Shown here one piece after another: positions 9,502 to 19,795 of a DNA stretch of 51,901 bases. The stretch is from an uncultured virus (IMG/VR IMGVR_UViG_3300006103_001171) (lineage: Duplodnaviria; Heunggongvirae; Uroviricota; Caudoviricetes). The number at the start of each line of letters is the position of its first letter. Position 1 is the stretch's first letter. A program made the translations under genes and the position numbers. The stretch lies in IMG/VR virus record IMGVR_UViG_3300006103_001171. One strand, given 5' to 3'. The notes below the pieces were generated by a model. The model was not told where the DNA came from. It saw only the letters and a program-made list of their open reading frames with translations, and did no database searches.

Positions 9502-9749
9502 TGTGGTATATTTATATAGTTGAGTGTGAAAAAGATGGGACACTCTATACTGGTATAACTACAGATGTAAATAGACGCATTTCAGAGCATAACTCTGGCA
9601 AGGGGGCTAAATACACTAGAACTAGAACACCAGTCGTTTTAAGAGCCTTATTTGAGGCTAATAATCGAAGCGAAGCTTCAAAAGAAGAATATAGAATTAA
9701 AAAACTTACAAAAATTGAAAAATTGAAACTATGCGACATAAAACAATAG
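9501..9749 (+). CDS. small GIY-YIG nuclease (UPF0213/YhbQ-like)
   Basis: [27 protein letters not shown]. Confidence 0.9.
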   Translation: MWYIYIVECEKDGTLYTGITTDVNRRISEHNSGKGAKYTRTRTPVVLRALFEANNRSEASKEEYRIKKLTKIEKLKLCDIKQ

Positions 9750-9952
9750 ACTTAGGTGAATACATAATAGAAATTGATTTTAATCCAGAGAATAATGATT
9801 TAGACATAAGCGTATTCGATGCTTTGGGTGAAATAATTGAATCAATGAATATTAGTGACGATGATGATGATGATGATGATGATGATTATGACGATGATGG
9901 TGATGATAAATCATTTAGTGGTCCATTAAATATTTCTTTTAATCTTAATTAA
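9731..9952 (+). CDS. small acidic protein with poly-Asp (GAT)n tract
   Basis: ORF; GAT trinucleotide run at about 9860-9907. Confidence 0.6.
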   Translation: MRHKTIDLGEYIIEIDFNPENNDLDISVFDALGEIIESMNISDDDDDDDDDDYDDDGDDKSFSGPLNISFNLN

Positions 9953-9978
9953 TTTAAATAAAGTTATATATTTGCAAA

Positions 9979-10302
9979 ATGTTTGATGTATTAAGAACAA
10001 GAAAGGGTAAATTGAAAGATAGAATTGAGTCTGAATTGGTTAAATCAAATCCAGATATTGATAATATCTTAGTCTATATTGATGATTACGAAACATCAAA
10101 CCTTGAAACAATTAAAAAATTAAAAAGAGCTAAGAAATTAGAGCTCAATAAAATAAACGGGGCTCTTAAACAAACAATATTTTTTCATGGCCCTATAACA
10201 AAAGAACTAATTAGTTCCGCATCTAAGCGTATATATGGTAGTCTATTGGACTCAGAAAAAGAAAGTGTTATAAAAAGAATAATAAAATGGATAAGAAAGT
10301 AA
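9979..10302 (+). CDS. hypothetical protein
   Basis: ORF after promoter. Confidence 0.65.
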   Translation: MFDVLRTRKGKLKDRIESELVKSNPDIDNILVYIDDYETSNLETIKKLKRAKKLELNKINGALKQTIFFHGPITKELISSASKRIYGSLLDSEKESVIKRIIKWIRK

Positions 10303-10841
10303 TTAAAAAAGTTTTAAGAGAATCAGTGGGTGATAAAATAACGAGATTAGCCGTCTTCGATTTTGACGGAACGTTATTGGATACACCATTACCAACCGAT
10401 GAAAATAAAGAAATTTATAAGGAAAAAACAGGTGAGGATTGGCCTAGTAAGGGTTGGTGGAGTAGACCAGAAACTCTTAATCAAGATATTTTTGATATTC
10501 CAGTTATTAAAGATGTTATTTCTGATTATAAAAAGGAAAAAGCTACACCTAACACTATGGTTATTATGCTAACTGGTAGAATACAAAAATTATCTAGTTA
10601 TGTTGAAGCTGTTTTGGCATCTAAGGGTCTTAAATTTGATGGTTATTTTTATAACACTGGTGGTAGTACTTTGGATAACAAAATCCATACAATGGAATCC
10701 ATATTAAAACAACATCCAACAATCAATCAAATAAATTGTTGGGACGATAGGTTAGAACACATTCCACACTTTCAAGCTTGGGGTGATAACCTTAAAGGTG
10801 TTGATTTTGAAATAACAATAGTTGAAAGCGGACATCATTAA
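10287..10841 (+). CDS. HAD-family phosphatase (RNA-repair HAD-like)
   Basis: VFDFDGTL, LTGR, WDDR motifs. Confidence 0.8.
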   Translation: MDKKVIKKVLRESVGDKITRLAVFDFDGTLLDTPLPTDENKEIYKEKTGEDWPSKGWWSRPETLNQDIFDIPVIKDVISDYKKEKATPNTMVIMLTGRIQKLSSYVEAVLASKGLKFDGYFYNTGGSTLDNKIHTMESILKQHPTINQINCWDDRLEHIPHFQAWGDNLKGVDFEITIVESGHH

Positions 10842-10898
10842 ACCCACACTTGTGGGTTTTTTGTTGTATGTGTGAAAATAAAATAGTATATTTGCGGT

Positions 10899-12848
10899 AT
10901 GATTAAAATAAATGATGTGATAGAAGGAAAAATAAGCGTTAACCATAGTGGTTCCGCTTATTTGGTTAGTGAGCAATCACCAAAGGATATTTATGTTCAT
11001 AAAAACAATATTAATAAAGCATTTCATTTGGATGTTGTTAAGATTAAAATAGTTAATGGTCGTGGTCGTGAACTTGAAGGTGTCGTTACTGAGATAGTTA
11101 AAAGATTCAGAGACGAATTTGTTGGTAGTATTCAAATATCAAAAAAACATGCATTCTTTATACCAGATAGTAACAAGATGCCGATAGATTTCTTTATACC
11201 TCTAACAAAATTAAAAGGTGCTAAAGATGCTCAAAAAGTTGTTGTTAAATTAACATCTTGGAAAGATAACAGTAAAAACCCTAATGGTGAAGTTATAAAG
11301 ATTCTAGGTGAAGCTGGTGATAATGAAGTAGAAATTCACTCAATACTCCATGAGTATGATTTACCCTATGACTTTGAACCTGACATTTTGGCTGAAGCTG
11401 AGGCGATATCGAGTGAGATAAGACAGTCTGACATAGATGCTCGTAGAGATATGAGGGATGTACTTACTTTTACAATTGACCCAGTAGATGCCAAGGATTT
11501 CGATGATGCTTTATCAGTACAATGGGTTAATGGTCAACTTGAAGTTGGTGTTCATATTGCCGATGTATCACATTATTTAAGACCAGATACGGACTTAGAT
11601 AAAGAAGCTTATCGTAGAGGTACCAGTGTTTACTTAGTTGATAGAGTTGTACCAATGCTTCCAGAAAGGCTTTCTAATGGCTTATGTAGTCTTAGACCAC
11701 ATGAAGAGAAGTTGTGTTTTTCAGCGATATTTACGCTTGACCAAAATGCAACAATTGTAAATGAATGGTTTGGAAGAACAATTATTAATTCTGACCATAG
11801 GTTTACATATGAAGGAGCCCAAGAAATAATTGAAGGTAAACCACATTTCTATGAGTCTGATGAACTTGATGTTAATGGTGGATATGTTAAAACGCTTGGT
11901 GGTATGATAAAAGATGCGGTATTAGCTCTTGATAAGTATGCTAAAAAGCTTAGAAAGCAAAGACTTGGTGAAGGTTCAATTACTTTCGATAAGCAAGAAA
12001 TAAGATTCAAATTGGATGAAAACAACAAGCCAGTTGACCTTATATTCAAGATAGCTAAAGACTCAAATCAATTGATTGAAGAATTCATGCTTTTAGCGAA
12101 TAGAAGGGTTGCTTATTTGTTAAATCACAATGATTACCCAGATATCAATCGTGTGCATGAGGAACCAAGTCAAGAAAAGCTTTTAGCATTAAAGCAATTT
12201 ATTAAGCAATTTGGTTATGATATTAAGGTAAATACACCTGAGGAAATAACTTTATCACTTAACAAATTACTTGCTAGTGTTAAGGGTAAAGCTGAAGAAA
12301 ACATAGTTTCTAACCTTGTGGTTAGGTCAATGCAGAAAGCGGCTTATTCTACAAAGAACTTAGGTCATTATGGTCTTGGATTTGAAGATTACGCTCATTT
12401 CACCAGTCCAATTAGAAGATATCCAGACGTAATGGTGCACAGACTTCTAGGACGCTATTTAGAGGCTAAAGCAGCCCCTAAATTAGATAAGTTGGAGTCA
12501 AGGTGCCAATACTTATCTGAACGTGAAAGAAAGGCTCAAAAAGCTGAAAGAGATAGCATCAAGTATATGCAATGCATATATATGAGTGAAAGAATTGGTA
12601 ATGTTTATAAAGGACTTATCACTTCGGTTACTGATTATGGTATGTTTATAACAATTTGTGAAAATAATTGTGAGGTATTGGTAAAATTAACATCAATCAA
12701 TGGAACTTGGTTGGTGGATTTAAAAAAATATCAAATAGTTGAATTTGACACTAAAGAAAAAATAAGATTAGGTGATTATGTTCATGTAGTTATTACTAAA
12801 GTTGATGTTGAAAAAAAGAATATTGATGCATCAATTATGCTTCTCTAA
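10899..12848 (+). CDS. rnr: ribonuclease R
   Basis: TIDPVDAKDFDDA, LIEEFMLLAN, HFTSPIRRYPD, C-terminal S1 domain. Confidence 0.95.
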   Translation: MIKINDVIEGKISVNHSGSAYLVSEQSPKDIYVHKNNINKAFHLDVVKIKIVNGRGRELEGVVTEIVKRFRDEFVGSIQISKKHAFFIPDSNKMPIDFFIPLTKLKGAKDAQKVVVKLTSWKDNSKNPNGEVIKILGEAGDNEVEIHSILHEYDLPYDFEPDILAEAEAISSEIRQSDIDARRDMRDVLTFTIDPVDAKDFDDALSVQWVNGQLEVGVHIADVSHYLRPDTDLDKEAYRRGTSVYLVDRVVPMLPERLSNGLCSLRPHEEKLCFSAIFTLDQNATIVNEWFGRTIINSDHRFTYEGAQEIIEGKPHFYESDELDVNGGYVKTLGGMIKDAVLALDKYAKKLRKQRLGEGSITFDKQEIRFKLDENNKPVDLIFKIAKDSNQLIEEFMLLANRRVAYLLNHNDYPDINRVHEEPSQEKLLALKQFIKQFGYDIKVNTPEEITLSLNKLLASVKGKAEENIVSNLVVRSMQKAAYSTKNLGHYGLGFEDYAHFTSPIRRYPDVMVHRLLGRYLEAKAAPKLDKLESRCQYLSERERKAQKAERDSIKYMQCIYMSERIGNVYKGLITSVTDYGMFITICENNCEVLVKLTSINGTWLVDLKKYQIVEFDTKEKIRLGDYVHVVITKVDVEKKNIDASIMLL

Positions 12849-13536
12849 ACCCTTTAGACAAATTATCATACCACCATAACGGTTGTAAATTGGATAATGC
12901 ATTTACAATCTTTATATCCGTATTTTTATCGAATGTTGAAACTGGTTTAATATGGTCGATGTGCCATTCACCATAATTATCCCAAGTCATATCTTCAGTA
13001 AATAACTTTTCAATATGATTTTTTAACTCTAAAGCTGAATAACCAAGTATATCAACTGTATTTTTCTCTTTCTTTTTATTAAATCTTCTTAATACAGATT
13101 TCAATGAACTTCTCCAAGCTCTTATATGTGGATTTTTTAAATCATATTGTTTTTTATATTCAGCAATTTTTTCTTTGTTGTTTTGTCTATATTCTTTTTG
13201 GTATTCCAATATATGTGATTTATTTTTTACATAATCTTCTTTTTTTAGCCTCTTAATTATTTCAGGATTTGAATCTCTATAGTTTTTACGATTAGTACTA
13301 ATAATATTTCGATTAAGCTTATAATATTCTAGATTTGTTTTTTTAATGCTATCAGATTCTTTCAAATATTTAATTTTTGATTTTTCACTTAATCTTTCTT
13401 TGTTTTTTTTATAAAAATTTTGTTTATCGATACTTATACAATTTTTACAAATTTTTTTATAACCATCAATAAAATTTTTATTTTTGTGAAATTCACAAAA
13501 ATCTTTTTTTTTATTACATTTTACACATTTTTTCAT
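12835..13536 (-). CDS. HNH homing-type endonuclease
   Basis: N-terminal CxxC, helical repeats, MTWDNYGEWHIDHIKP...NLQPLW..NLSK. Confidence 0.85.
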   Translation of the reverse strand: MKKCVKCNKKKDFCEFHKNKNFIDGYKKICKNCISIDKQNFYKKNKERLSEKSKIKYLKESDSIKKTNLEYYKLNRNIISTNRKNYRDSNPEIIKRLKKEDYVKNKSHILEYQKEYRQNNKEKIAEYKKQYDLKNPHIRAWRSSLKSVLRRFNKKKEKNTVDILGYSALELKNHIEKLFTEDMTWDNYGEWHIDHIKPVSTFDKNTDIKIVNALSNLQPLWWYDNLSKGFREA

Positions 13537-13615
13537 AATTACTTTTATTATAAATATCACCTAAAATGAAAAAGTTCGGTGTTTTTATTGAAATTATTTG
13601 TGAAAACCATTTTTT

Positions 13616-13828
13616 TATGGTATATTTGTTGAAGTATCAGAAAATAAATCTGAAGGTTTAATTAAACTAACAGATATTTCTGGTGATACTTATAGTGTCG
13701 ATATGAAGAATTATTGTGTTAGAGGTTTTAACACTGGTCGAGTATTAAGACTTGGGGATGAGGTTTTTATTAGTGTTGTAAGTGTTGACATTGAGAAAAA
13801 AAATATTAACTTTGCACTTATAAATTAA
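13616..13828 (+). pseudogene. displaced second copy of RNase R C-terminal S1 domain
   Basis: YGIFVEVSENKSEGLIKL...LRLGDEVFISVVSVDIEKKNINFALIN* aligns with rnr C-terminus YGMFITICENNCEVLVKL...IRLGDYVHVVITKVDVEKKNID. Confidence 0.9.
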
Positions 13829-13833
13829 AGATT

Positions 13834-14139
13834 ATGATAGATTTTAAAACGAACATTTTAGTTTGTGATTGCAACAGTGCTGAACATCAATTATTAGTTA
13901 GATACTTTGAAGATGATACTGATGGTGAAGTGTATGTTGAAACACACTTAACAAAAAAGCCACTTTTAGAAAGGCTAATTTACGGTATCAAGTATATCTT
14001 CGGTTATCAATCAAGATTTGGTGCTTTTGATGAGGTTGTATTAGGTCCTCAGCACATAAACAGCTTACAATCTGTAATTGACCATTTAAAGAAAATTGAG
14101 GGTGAGAAATTACAAACCGATATGTTTAATGACAGATGA
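13834..14139 (+). CDS. hypothetical protein
   Basis: CxC..H motif; 101 aa. Confidence 0.7.
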   Translation: MIDFKTNILVCDCNSAEHQLLVRYFEDDTDGEVYVETHLTKKPLLERLIYGIKYIFGYQSRFGAFDEVVLGPQHINSLQSVIDHLKKIEGEKLQTDMFNDR

Positions 14140-14569
14140 GATTCTAATAAATAATTTTTTAACCAGACATTATGATGTAATCATTAATAATGGTGAATTT
14201 TGTTTTCGGGATAAGTCATCAAAACAAACCCTTAAAATCGGTGAGCTTTCAATAGTATTTTCTAAAATTTTCAGTTATGATAAAACTGATGATTTAAAAA
14301 AACCGATGGAGATTGCTAAACTTTGGTTAGAAAGCAAGAGAATTGAATTAACTAAAATTATTAACGGTTATTTAGCCGATTATAAAGTTATATTAAATAA
14401 ATCTGATTGGGAAGTTAGAGATAAAGAAAATAATTTAGTAACAAATGAAACAATAATGAAATTAGCTACTAACGGTTCTATTGGTATGTTTTACGTATCA
14501 ATATTTGAAGAATGGTTAGATAATGAAATACTTATTGTTTCGTTAAAATTAATGGATGAATATGATTAA
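14129..14569 (+). CDS. hypothetical protein
   Basis: overlaps neighbours in operon. Confidence 0.6.
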   Translation: MTDEILINNFLTRHYDVIINNGEFCFRDKSSKQTLKIGELSIVFSKIFSYDKTDDLKKPMEIAKLWLESKRIELTKIINGYLADYKVILNKSDWEVRDKENNLVTNETIMKLATNGSIGMFYVSIFEEWLDNEILIVSLKLMDEYD

Positions 14570-15266
14570 ACTTATTTTTATAAGCGATACTCATGGTAAG
14601 CATCGTGATTTAGATAATGATTTAAAGGCCTTAGGTTATGATAATGAAACAATTATTATACATGCTGGTGACTGCACTAATACTGGTAAATCATATGAGT
14701 TGGTAAACTTTTTGGGTTGGTTTGGTGATTTACCTTATAAACATAAGGTTTTTATTGCTGGTAACCATGATTTTTGTTTTGAGTCGAGTACTTCAAGTCC
14801 AAATGTATATCCTAACATTTCACAAGAATTTAAAGATAAGGGTATTACATATCTAATGGATGAAATGGTTGAAATTGAAGGTTTAAAAATATATGGTAGT
14901 CCTTGGCAACCAGAATTTTATGATTGGGCGTTTAATGTAAAGCGTGGTGAAGCCATTGCGCAAAAATGGGTTAAAATACCAGAGGATTTAGATGTGCTTA
15001 TTACGCATGGTGGTCCATATGGTATTTTAGATTATACCTATACTGGAGTTAGGGTTGGTTGTGAAGAACTTTATAAAAAAGTGATGAAGGTTCGTCCAAA
15101 GATACATGCATTCGGACACATACATTATGCTTATGGTTATAAAGAATTTGATGGAATGTCATTCATTAATGCTGCTAGTTTAGGTGAAAATTATGAATAT
15201 CAAAACAAACCAATAATGTTAATATTAGATGATGATAAAAATATAATTGATATAAAAGTAAATTAA
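14562..15266 (+). CDS. metallophosphoesterase (MPPED-like)
   Basis: SDTH, HAGD, GNHD, THGGP, FGHIH. Confidence 0.9.
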   Translation: MIKLIFISDTHGKHRDLDNDLKALGYDNETIIIHAGDCTNTGKSYELVNFLGWFGDLPYKHKVFIAGNHDFCFESSTSSPNVYPNISQEFKDKGITYLMDEMVEIEGLKIYGSPWQPEFYDWAFNVKRGEAIAQKWVKIPEDLDVLITHGGPYGILDYTYTGVRVGCEELYKKVMKVRPKIHAFGHIHYAYGYKEFDGMSFINAASLGENYEYQNKPIMLILDDDKNIIDIKVN

Positions 15267-15317
15267 TTTGATTTTTAATCAAATTATTTTGTATATTTGC
15301 ACATCAATTTAATTATT

Positions 15318-15755
15318 ATGAACATTATTAACAAGAAAAAGGACGCATATTTTGAGTATGAAATACTTGATAAATTTACTGCTGGTATCGTTTTAATGGG
15401 TACTGAGGTAAAGTCAATCAGAGAATCTAAAGTTTCAATCTCTGAAGCTTATTGTACAATTATTAACGGTGAAATTTTTATACTGGGTATGCACATTTCT
15501 GATTATAAGAAAATAAAGCATACCAATCATGCACCATTACGCAATCGTAAACTTCTTTTGAATAGAAAGGAAATTGATAAATTATCCAAATCAATCAAAG
15601 AAAAGGGTTTAACAATTGTTCCATTATGTGTTTTTATATCTGATACTGGGTTAATTAAGATTGAAATCGGTTTAGGTAGAGGTAAAAAAGTCTACGATAA
15701 AAGAAACAGTATAAAAGAAAAAGACCAAAAAAGAAGTTTGGAACGAAATTATTAA
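15318..15755 (+). CDS. smpB: SsrA-binding protein
   Basis: AGIVLMGTEVKSIR, RKLLLNRKEI, GRGKKVYDKR. Confidence 0.95.
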   Translation: MNIINKKKDAYFEYEILDKFTAGIVLMGTEVKSIRESKVSISEAYCTIINGEIFILGMHISDYKKIKHTNHAPLRNRKLLLNRKEIDKLSKSIKEKGLTIVPLCVFISDTGLIKIEIGLGRGKKVYDKRNSIKEKDQKRSLERNY

Positions 15756-15812
15756 AATAAATTTGGTTAATAACTTTTTTACCCTTACATTTGCATAAAA
15801 TTTATAATAACT

Positions 15813-16661
15813 ATGAAAGTATTTAGAATACAAGACAAGATTACGTCTAGAGAAACTGGTACATTTAAGCAATACTTAAATGACATTGCAAACATTAAGC
15901 CATTTACACCTTCTGAAGAAGAAGCATGCGCAAAAATGGCTGCTATGGGTGATAAAGCGGCTATTGACGAGTTGGTAACACGTAATTTAAGATTTGTAGT
16001 AACAGTTGCTAAGCAATACGAAACATCAACCATAAGCCTAGAGGATTTGGTTAATGAGGGTAATATTGGATTAATACTTGCCGCTGAGAAGTATAATTTA
16101 ACCATGGGCTTTAAGTTTATCACTTACGGTGTATTCTGGATTAGAAAACTAATCTTGGAATATCTATCCAATCATAGCAAATTAATCAGGCTACCAACCA
16201 ATAAAATTTCTAACATTAGCAAATTAACACAAAAGGTTAATGCGTTAGAACAAAGCCTAGGTCGTGAGGTTGATATTACTGAAGTAAACTATGCTTCTGA
16301 TTCAGACCTATCTGATGAAGATATTTTAGAACTTCAAAGAATATCAAATATTAGTTTTGAATCATTTGATTCACCATTAGATGGTGATGAAGTTGGTTCT
16401 CGTTATGATTTTATTGCTAATACTAACGAAAAAACAACTGACCACATTGTGCTTGATACAGACTTAAAGAATCAAATTAATGATATATTAAATATTCTTA
16501 AGCCTAGGGATAAAAAGGTTATGATTTCTTTGTTTGGTTTAGATGGTTCAAATCCATTAACCCTAAAAGAAGTTAGTGAAGATGTTGGGTTAACTAGTGA
16601 GATGGTTAGAAAAATTAAGGAAAGCAGTCTTGTTAAACTTAGAAATAAGTTTACGTTATAG
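15813..16661 (+). CDS. RpoD/SigA-family sigma factor (short Bacteroidota type)
   Basis: NLRFVVTVAKQY, DLVNEGNIGL, FKFITYGVFWIR, region 4 HTH. Confidence 0.9.
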   Translation: MKVFRIQDKITSRETGTFKQYLNDIANIKPFTPSEEEACAKMAAMGDKAAIDELVTRNLRFVVTVAKQYETSTISLEDLVNEGNIGLILAAEKYNLTMGFKFITYGVFWIRKLILEYLSNHSKLIRLPTNKISNISKLTQKVNALEQSLGREVDITEVNYASDSDLSDEDILELQRISNISFESFDSPLDGDEVGSRYDFIANTNEKTTDHIVLDTDLKNQINDILNILKPRDKKVMISLFGLDGSNPLTLKEVSEDVGLTSEMVRKIKESSLVKLRNKFTL

Positions 16662-17238
16662 GGTTATGTACACAATATTTCTTTATGTCTCGATTAACCT
16701 TAGAACATAATGGTTGTAAATTAGAATAGTGGTTTAATCGAAGTAATTCAATTTCATTAATCGCTGAGTCTAAGGGTATTATATGGTCAATATCCCAACC
16801 ATAATTTAATTCACCATTATATAACCCACGATTATTCCAATTCATCCATGGTTCAAATTTTGATTCTAAATATAATTTAAAATCATCGTAAGAGCATCCA
16901 AGTATTTTTTCTGTTTTTGATAATTTTTTAAAATTATTATGTCTTAATGAGTTTCCGATTAAATTTCTTATATTAGTTTTTAATTTGAATAAGGTATCAT
17001 TATTACGTTTTACCTTATAATATTCGTTAAGTTTATTTTTATTTTCCTTAGCCCATTTTTTTGAGCTATCTAAGATTTTATCTTTATTTGTTTCGTAATA
17101 CGCTTTTTTACTTTCTTTAATTTTATCTCGATTGTTCTCTAAGTATTTTCTTCTTTTTTCTTTATTAGCTGCTTGATATGCTTTATCATAAATTCGTTTA
17201 GCCTCTTTTTTTTCCTCTAATGTTAATTCTTTTTTCAT
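16651..17238 (-). CDS. HNH homing-type endonuclease
   Basis: ILGCS...WMNWNN...WDIDHIIP...HYSNLQPLCS. Confidence 0.85.
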   Translation of the reverse strand: MKKELTLEEKKEAKRIYDKAYQAANKEKRRKYLENNRDKIKESKKAYYETNKDKILDSSKKWAKENKNKLNEYYKVKRNNDTLFKLKTNIRNLIGNSLRHNNFKKLSKTEKILGCSYDDFKLYLESKFEPWMNWNNRGLYNGELNYGWDIDHIIPLDSAINEIELLRLNHYSNLQPLCSKVNRDIKKYCVHNPIT

Positions 17239-17320
17239 AATATTCCTTTATTATAAATATTATGAAATGTACGAAAAAATAAAATATTTATTGTTTTGTA
17301 CACAATTGTGTACATAACCC
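16661..17320. mobile_element. HNH cassette inserted into a palindromic terminator, 10-bp direct repeat TGTACACAAT
   Basis: 16661-16676 is the exact reverse complement of 17305-17320; TGTACACAAT at 16667 and 17297. Confidence 0.75.
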
Positions 17321-17374
17321 CTTATTTTTTATTTTTTTTTATCTATCGCTGATATTTATTAATAAAGATATTTT

Positions 17375-17749
17375 ATGGATAAAAAGGAAATTAAAATAAA
17401 ATTAAAAGAAGGTATTACCGCATATTTACAATTGGTCGAAGCTAATAAGAAATCTGAAAAATCAGAGAAAAAAGAAAAATCTGATAATAAGGATGGTCCT
17501 CAAAAAGGAACCAAAAGTAAATCTGGTAAAAAAGAATACGCTGACGTACAAAGGTCATTTAAAAAACTAGGTGGACCTAGCATGGTTGACATCATGATTA
17601 TGACTGGTATTCCAGATGACGACAAAGGTACTAACCGTTCCTTATTTAGAAAGAAAGTCTTACAAAAAAAGAACAAAGATACTGGTTCATACTATCAGTT
17701 TGATGATGAAGAACTAGCAAAGGTTAGGGCAGCAATAGATTCTCAATAA
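17375..17749 (+). CDS. basic hypothetical protein (phage-type promoter)
   Basis: ATATTTAT upstream. Confidence 0.7.
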   Translation: MDKKEIKIKLKEGITAYLQLVEANKKSEKSEKKEKSDNKDGPQKGTKSKSGKKEYADVQRSFKKLGGPSMVDIMIMTGIPDDDKGTNRSLFRKKVLQKKNKDTGSYYQFDDEELAKVRAAIDSQ

Positions 17750-17878
17750 GCACAAGAAACCTTGAAACTTATAGACATACAAATAAAATCCTCACAAATT
17801 GTGGGGATTTTTCATTTTAACCTGCGAATATACGAAAAATACTTTAAATAAAAAAACCCCATTTCTGAGGTTTTAAAT

Positions 17879-18199
17879 TTATTCGGTTGGTTTAGTTGTA
17901 GTATCTGTTGTAGTATCGGTTTGTGTATCTGGTTTTGTAGTATCTGGAGCATTTTTAGTTAAGCCCTTTATACTAAATTTATCAACTGTATCGGCACCAA
18001 TACCCACTATTGCTAATAAAAGAACAGCATTAACAATAACATCTTCTAATTTTAGGTCTGATTTATAACAATTTATAAATAAAATAATACAAAGTGTTAA
18101 AGCGCAAATTAAACCAACAACTGGTTTAATTGAAGTTGAACCTCTTTCGTCACGAAATAAATCCTGCAACCAAGATATAAAACCCATTTTTTCTTTCAT
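17879..18199 (-). CDS. two-TM membrane protein, possibly holin-like
   Basis: two hydrophobic helices, Thr-rich tail, phage-type promoter. Confidence 0.55.
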   Translation of the reverse strand: MKEKMGFISWLQDLFRDERGSTSIKPVVGLICALTLCIILFINCYKSDLKLEDVIVNAVLLLAIVGIGADTVDKFSIKGLTKNAPDTTKPDTQTDTTTDTTTKPTE

Positions 18200-18271
18200 A
18201 TAACTAATTTAATAATAAATATCAAAGTATTTAAAAAAAACTTTTGGTAATTTGAAAACTATTCGTATATT

Positions 18272-19090
18272 TTATATTATATCACGTTTAACCCACCTAT
18301 TAACATAACTACATAACGGCTTGAGGTTTGTATAATGGTTTAATTTAACCACATCCTCTTCTGTTATAGCAGTTGTTACAGGAATGATATGGTCAATATC
18401 CCATGTCTTATTCGGTTCAAATAAACCGTCTTTAGGGTTACCGTAATTATCCCAATTCATCCATGATTCCCATTGAGATTCTAAGTGAAGTTTAAATTCA
18501 TCAAATGAACATCCAAGTATTTTTTCTGATTTAAGTGATTTTTTAAAGCCTTTATTTTTAATTGACGAGCGAATTAATTGCCTAATATTAGTTTTTATTC
18601 GGAAGAGTGGTTCTGTTTGTTTACGTTCCCTATTTCTAGCATTACGTTTATCCTTATCACCCTTAAATTTTTCTTTATTAGCCTGATAATACGTTTTATT
18701 GTAAGCGGCTCTTTCTTCGGGTGTTTTTGATTTTTTTACTTTAGGTAATTTATTTAATTTAACTAAACTACGTTGTTCTTTTAATCTTTGATTACGTTTT
18801 ATTTTATTTTCTTCTTTACTGCTATATATTTTATTTATGCTCGATATTTTAGATTTATTAACTTCTCGATATTCCTTGGCTTTTTTTGTTATCTTTTCTT
18901 TATTAGCCTCACGGTAATTTTTTTGTAATTCAATTAATTTAACTTTGTTAGCTTCACACCAAGCTTTTCGTTGTTCAGCTATTTTTTCTTTATTAGCTTT
19001 ACGCCATTGTTTTTGCTGTTCAGCTAATTTTTCTTTGTTAGCTTCACGCCAAGCTTTTCGTTGTTCAGCTATTTTTTCTTGTTTTGTCAT
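18272..19090 (-). CDS. HNH homing-type endonuclease with 14-aa N-terminal tandem repeats
   Basis: KEKIAEQRKAWREAN-type repeats; WDIDHIIP...HYTNLKPLCS. Confidence 0.85.
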   Translation of the reverse strand: MTKQEKIAEQRKAWREANKEKLAEQQKQWRKANKEKIAEQRKAWCEANKVKLIELQKNYREANKEKITKKAKEYREVNKSKISSINKIYSSKEENKIKRNQRLKEQRSLVKLNKLPKVKKSKTPEERAAYNKTYYQANKEKFKGDKDKRNARNRERKQTEPLFRIKTNIRQLIRSSIKNKGFKKSLKSEKILGCSFDEFKLHLESQWESWMNWDNYGNPKDGLFEPNKTWDIDHIIPVTTAITEEDVVKLNHYTNLKPLCSYVNRWVKRDII

Positions 19091-19184
19091 AAAATAAATT
19101 TGTTTGTTTCGTTATTAAGTATTACATTTGCACTCTATTAATAAATATCACGAAAAAATAAAAAAGTTATCTAAAACAAATTTT

Positions 19185-19793
19185 ATGTTAGAGGAATTAG
19201 TAAAAAAAGAACTTGAGTTTGACTTAATCAAAGTTTTAAATGTGATTGAAAGTGATGAAGACCTTGATGAAATATTTAGGGATGGTAGATTTACCACACC
19301 ATATAATATGCTATATACTATGGCATCACAAAATGCTTTACCTGAGGAAATGCTTGAAAGAGCAACTGGTATCTTTGAACACATAATACTTAAAAATCAA
19401 AAGCCTAAAATGGCTTATTGTAAATTTTTAAGAGAAAAAACAAAAACTGAAGTTTTAGATACGGCTGTTATCAACGAACCATTAGTTGAATCCGTAGAAA
19501 CAACACCAGAAGAGACTTCAGAAGAAGAAGAAGACAAATCTAAATACAAGTTACCAAAGCATTATGGTAAAGAGCGTATCTTAAAGGACATTGAAGAAAA
19601 CAATGGTAAAACTGAGTTAGATACTGCGATGCTTGCTTTGAATGACTTTAGAAACATCTATGCAAAATTAAAGAATCGTTGCATTAAGGATAAACTTAGA
19701 GGTACAAGTATTCTAACTCAAGCTGATTGCAGGGATATTGTTGCTGTTCTTAGAATAGTTGAAAACAAATTGGGTCACATCGCAAAAAAATAA
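19185..19793 (+). CDS. hypothetical protein
   Basis: start MLEELV. Confidence 0.7.
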   Translation: MLEELVKKELEFDLIKVLNVIESDEDLDEIFRDGRFTTPYNMLYTMASQNALPEEMLERATGIFEHIILKNQKPKMAYCKFLREKTKTEVLDTAVINEPLVESVETTPEETSEEEEDKSKYKLPKHYGKERILKDIEENNGKTELDTAMLALNDFRNIYAKLKNRCIKDKLRGTSILTQADCRDIVAVLRIVENKLGHIAKK

Positions 19794-19795
19794 AT

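Noticed and set aside
9860..9907. (GAT)n microsatellite as a contingency locus
   Set aside because: In-frame poly-Asp tail; length change would not switch frame
18279..19152. ATATCACG as a target duplication around the HNH
   Set aside because: Explained by conserved C-terminal RD codons and by the recurrent promoter context
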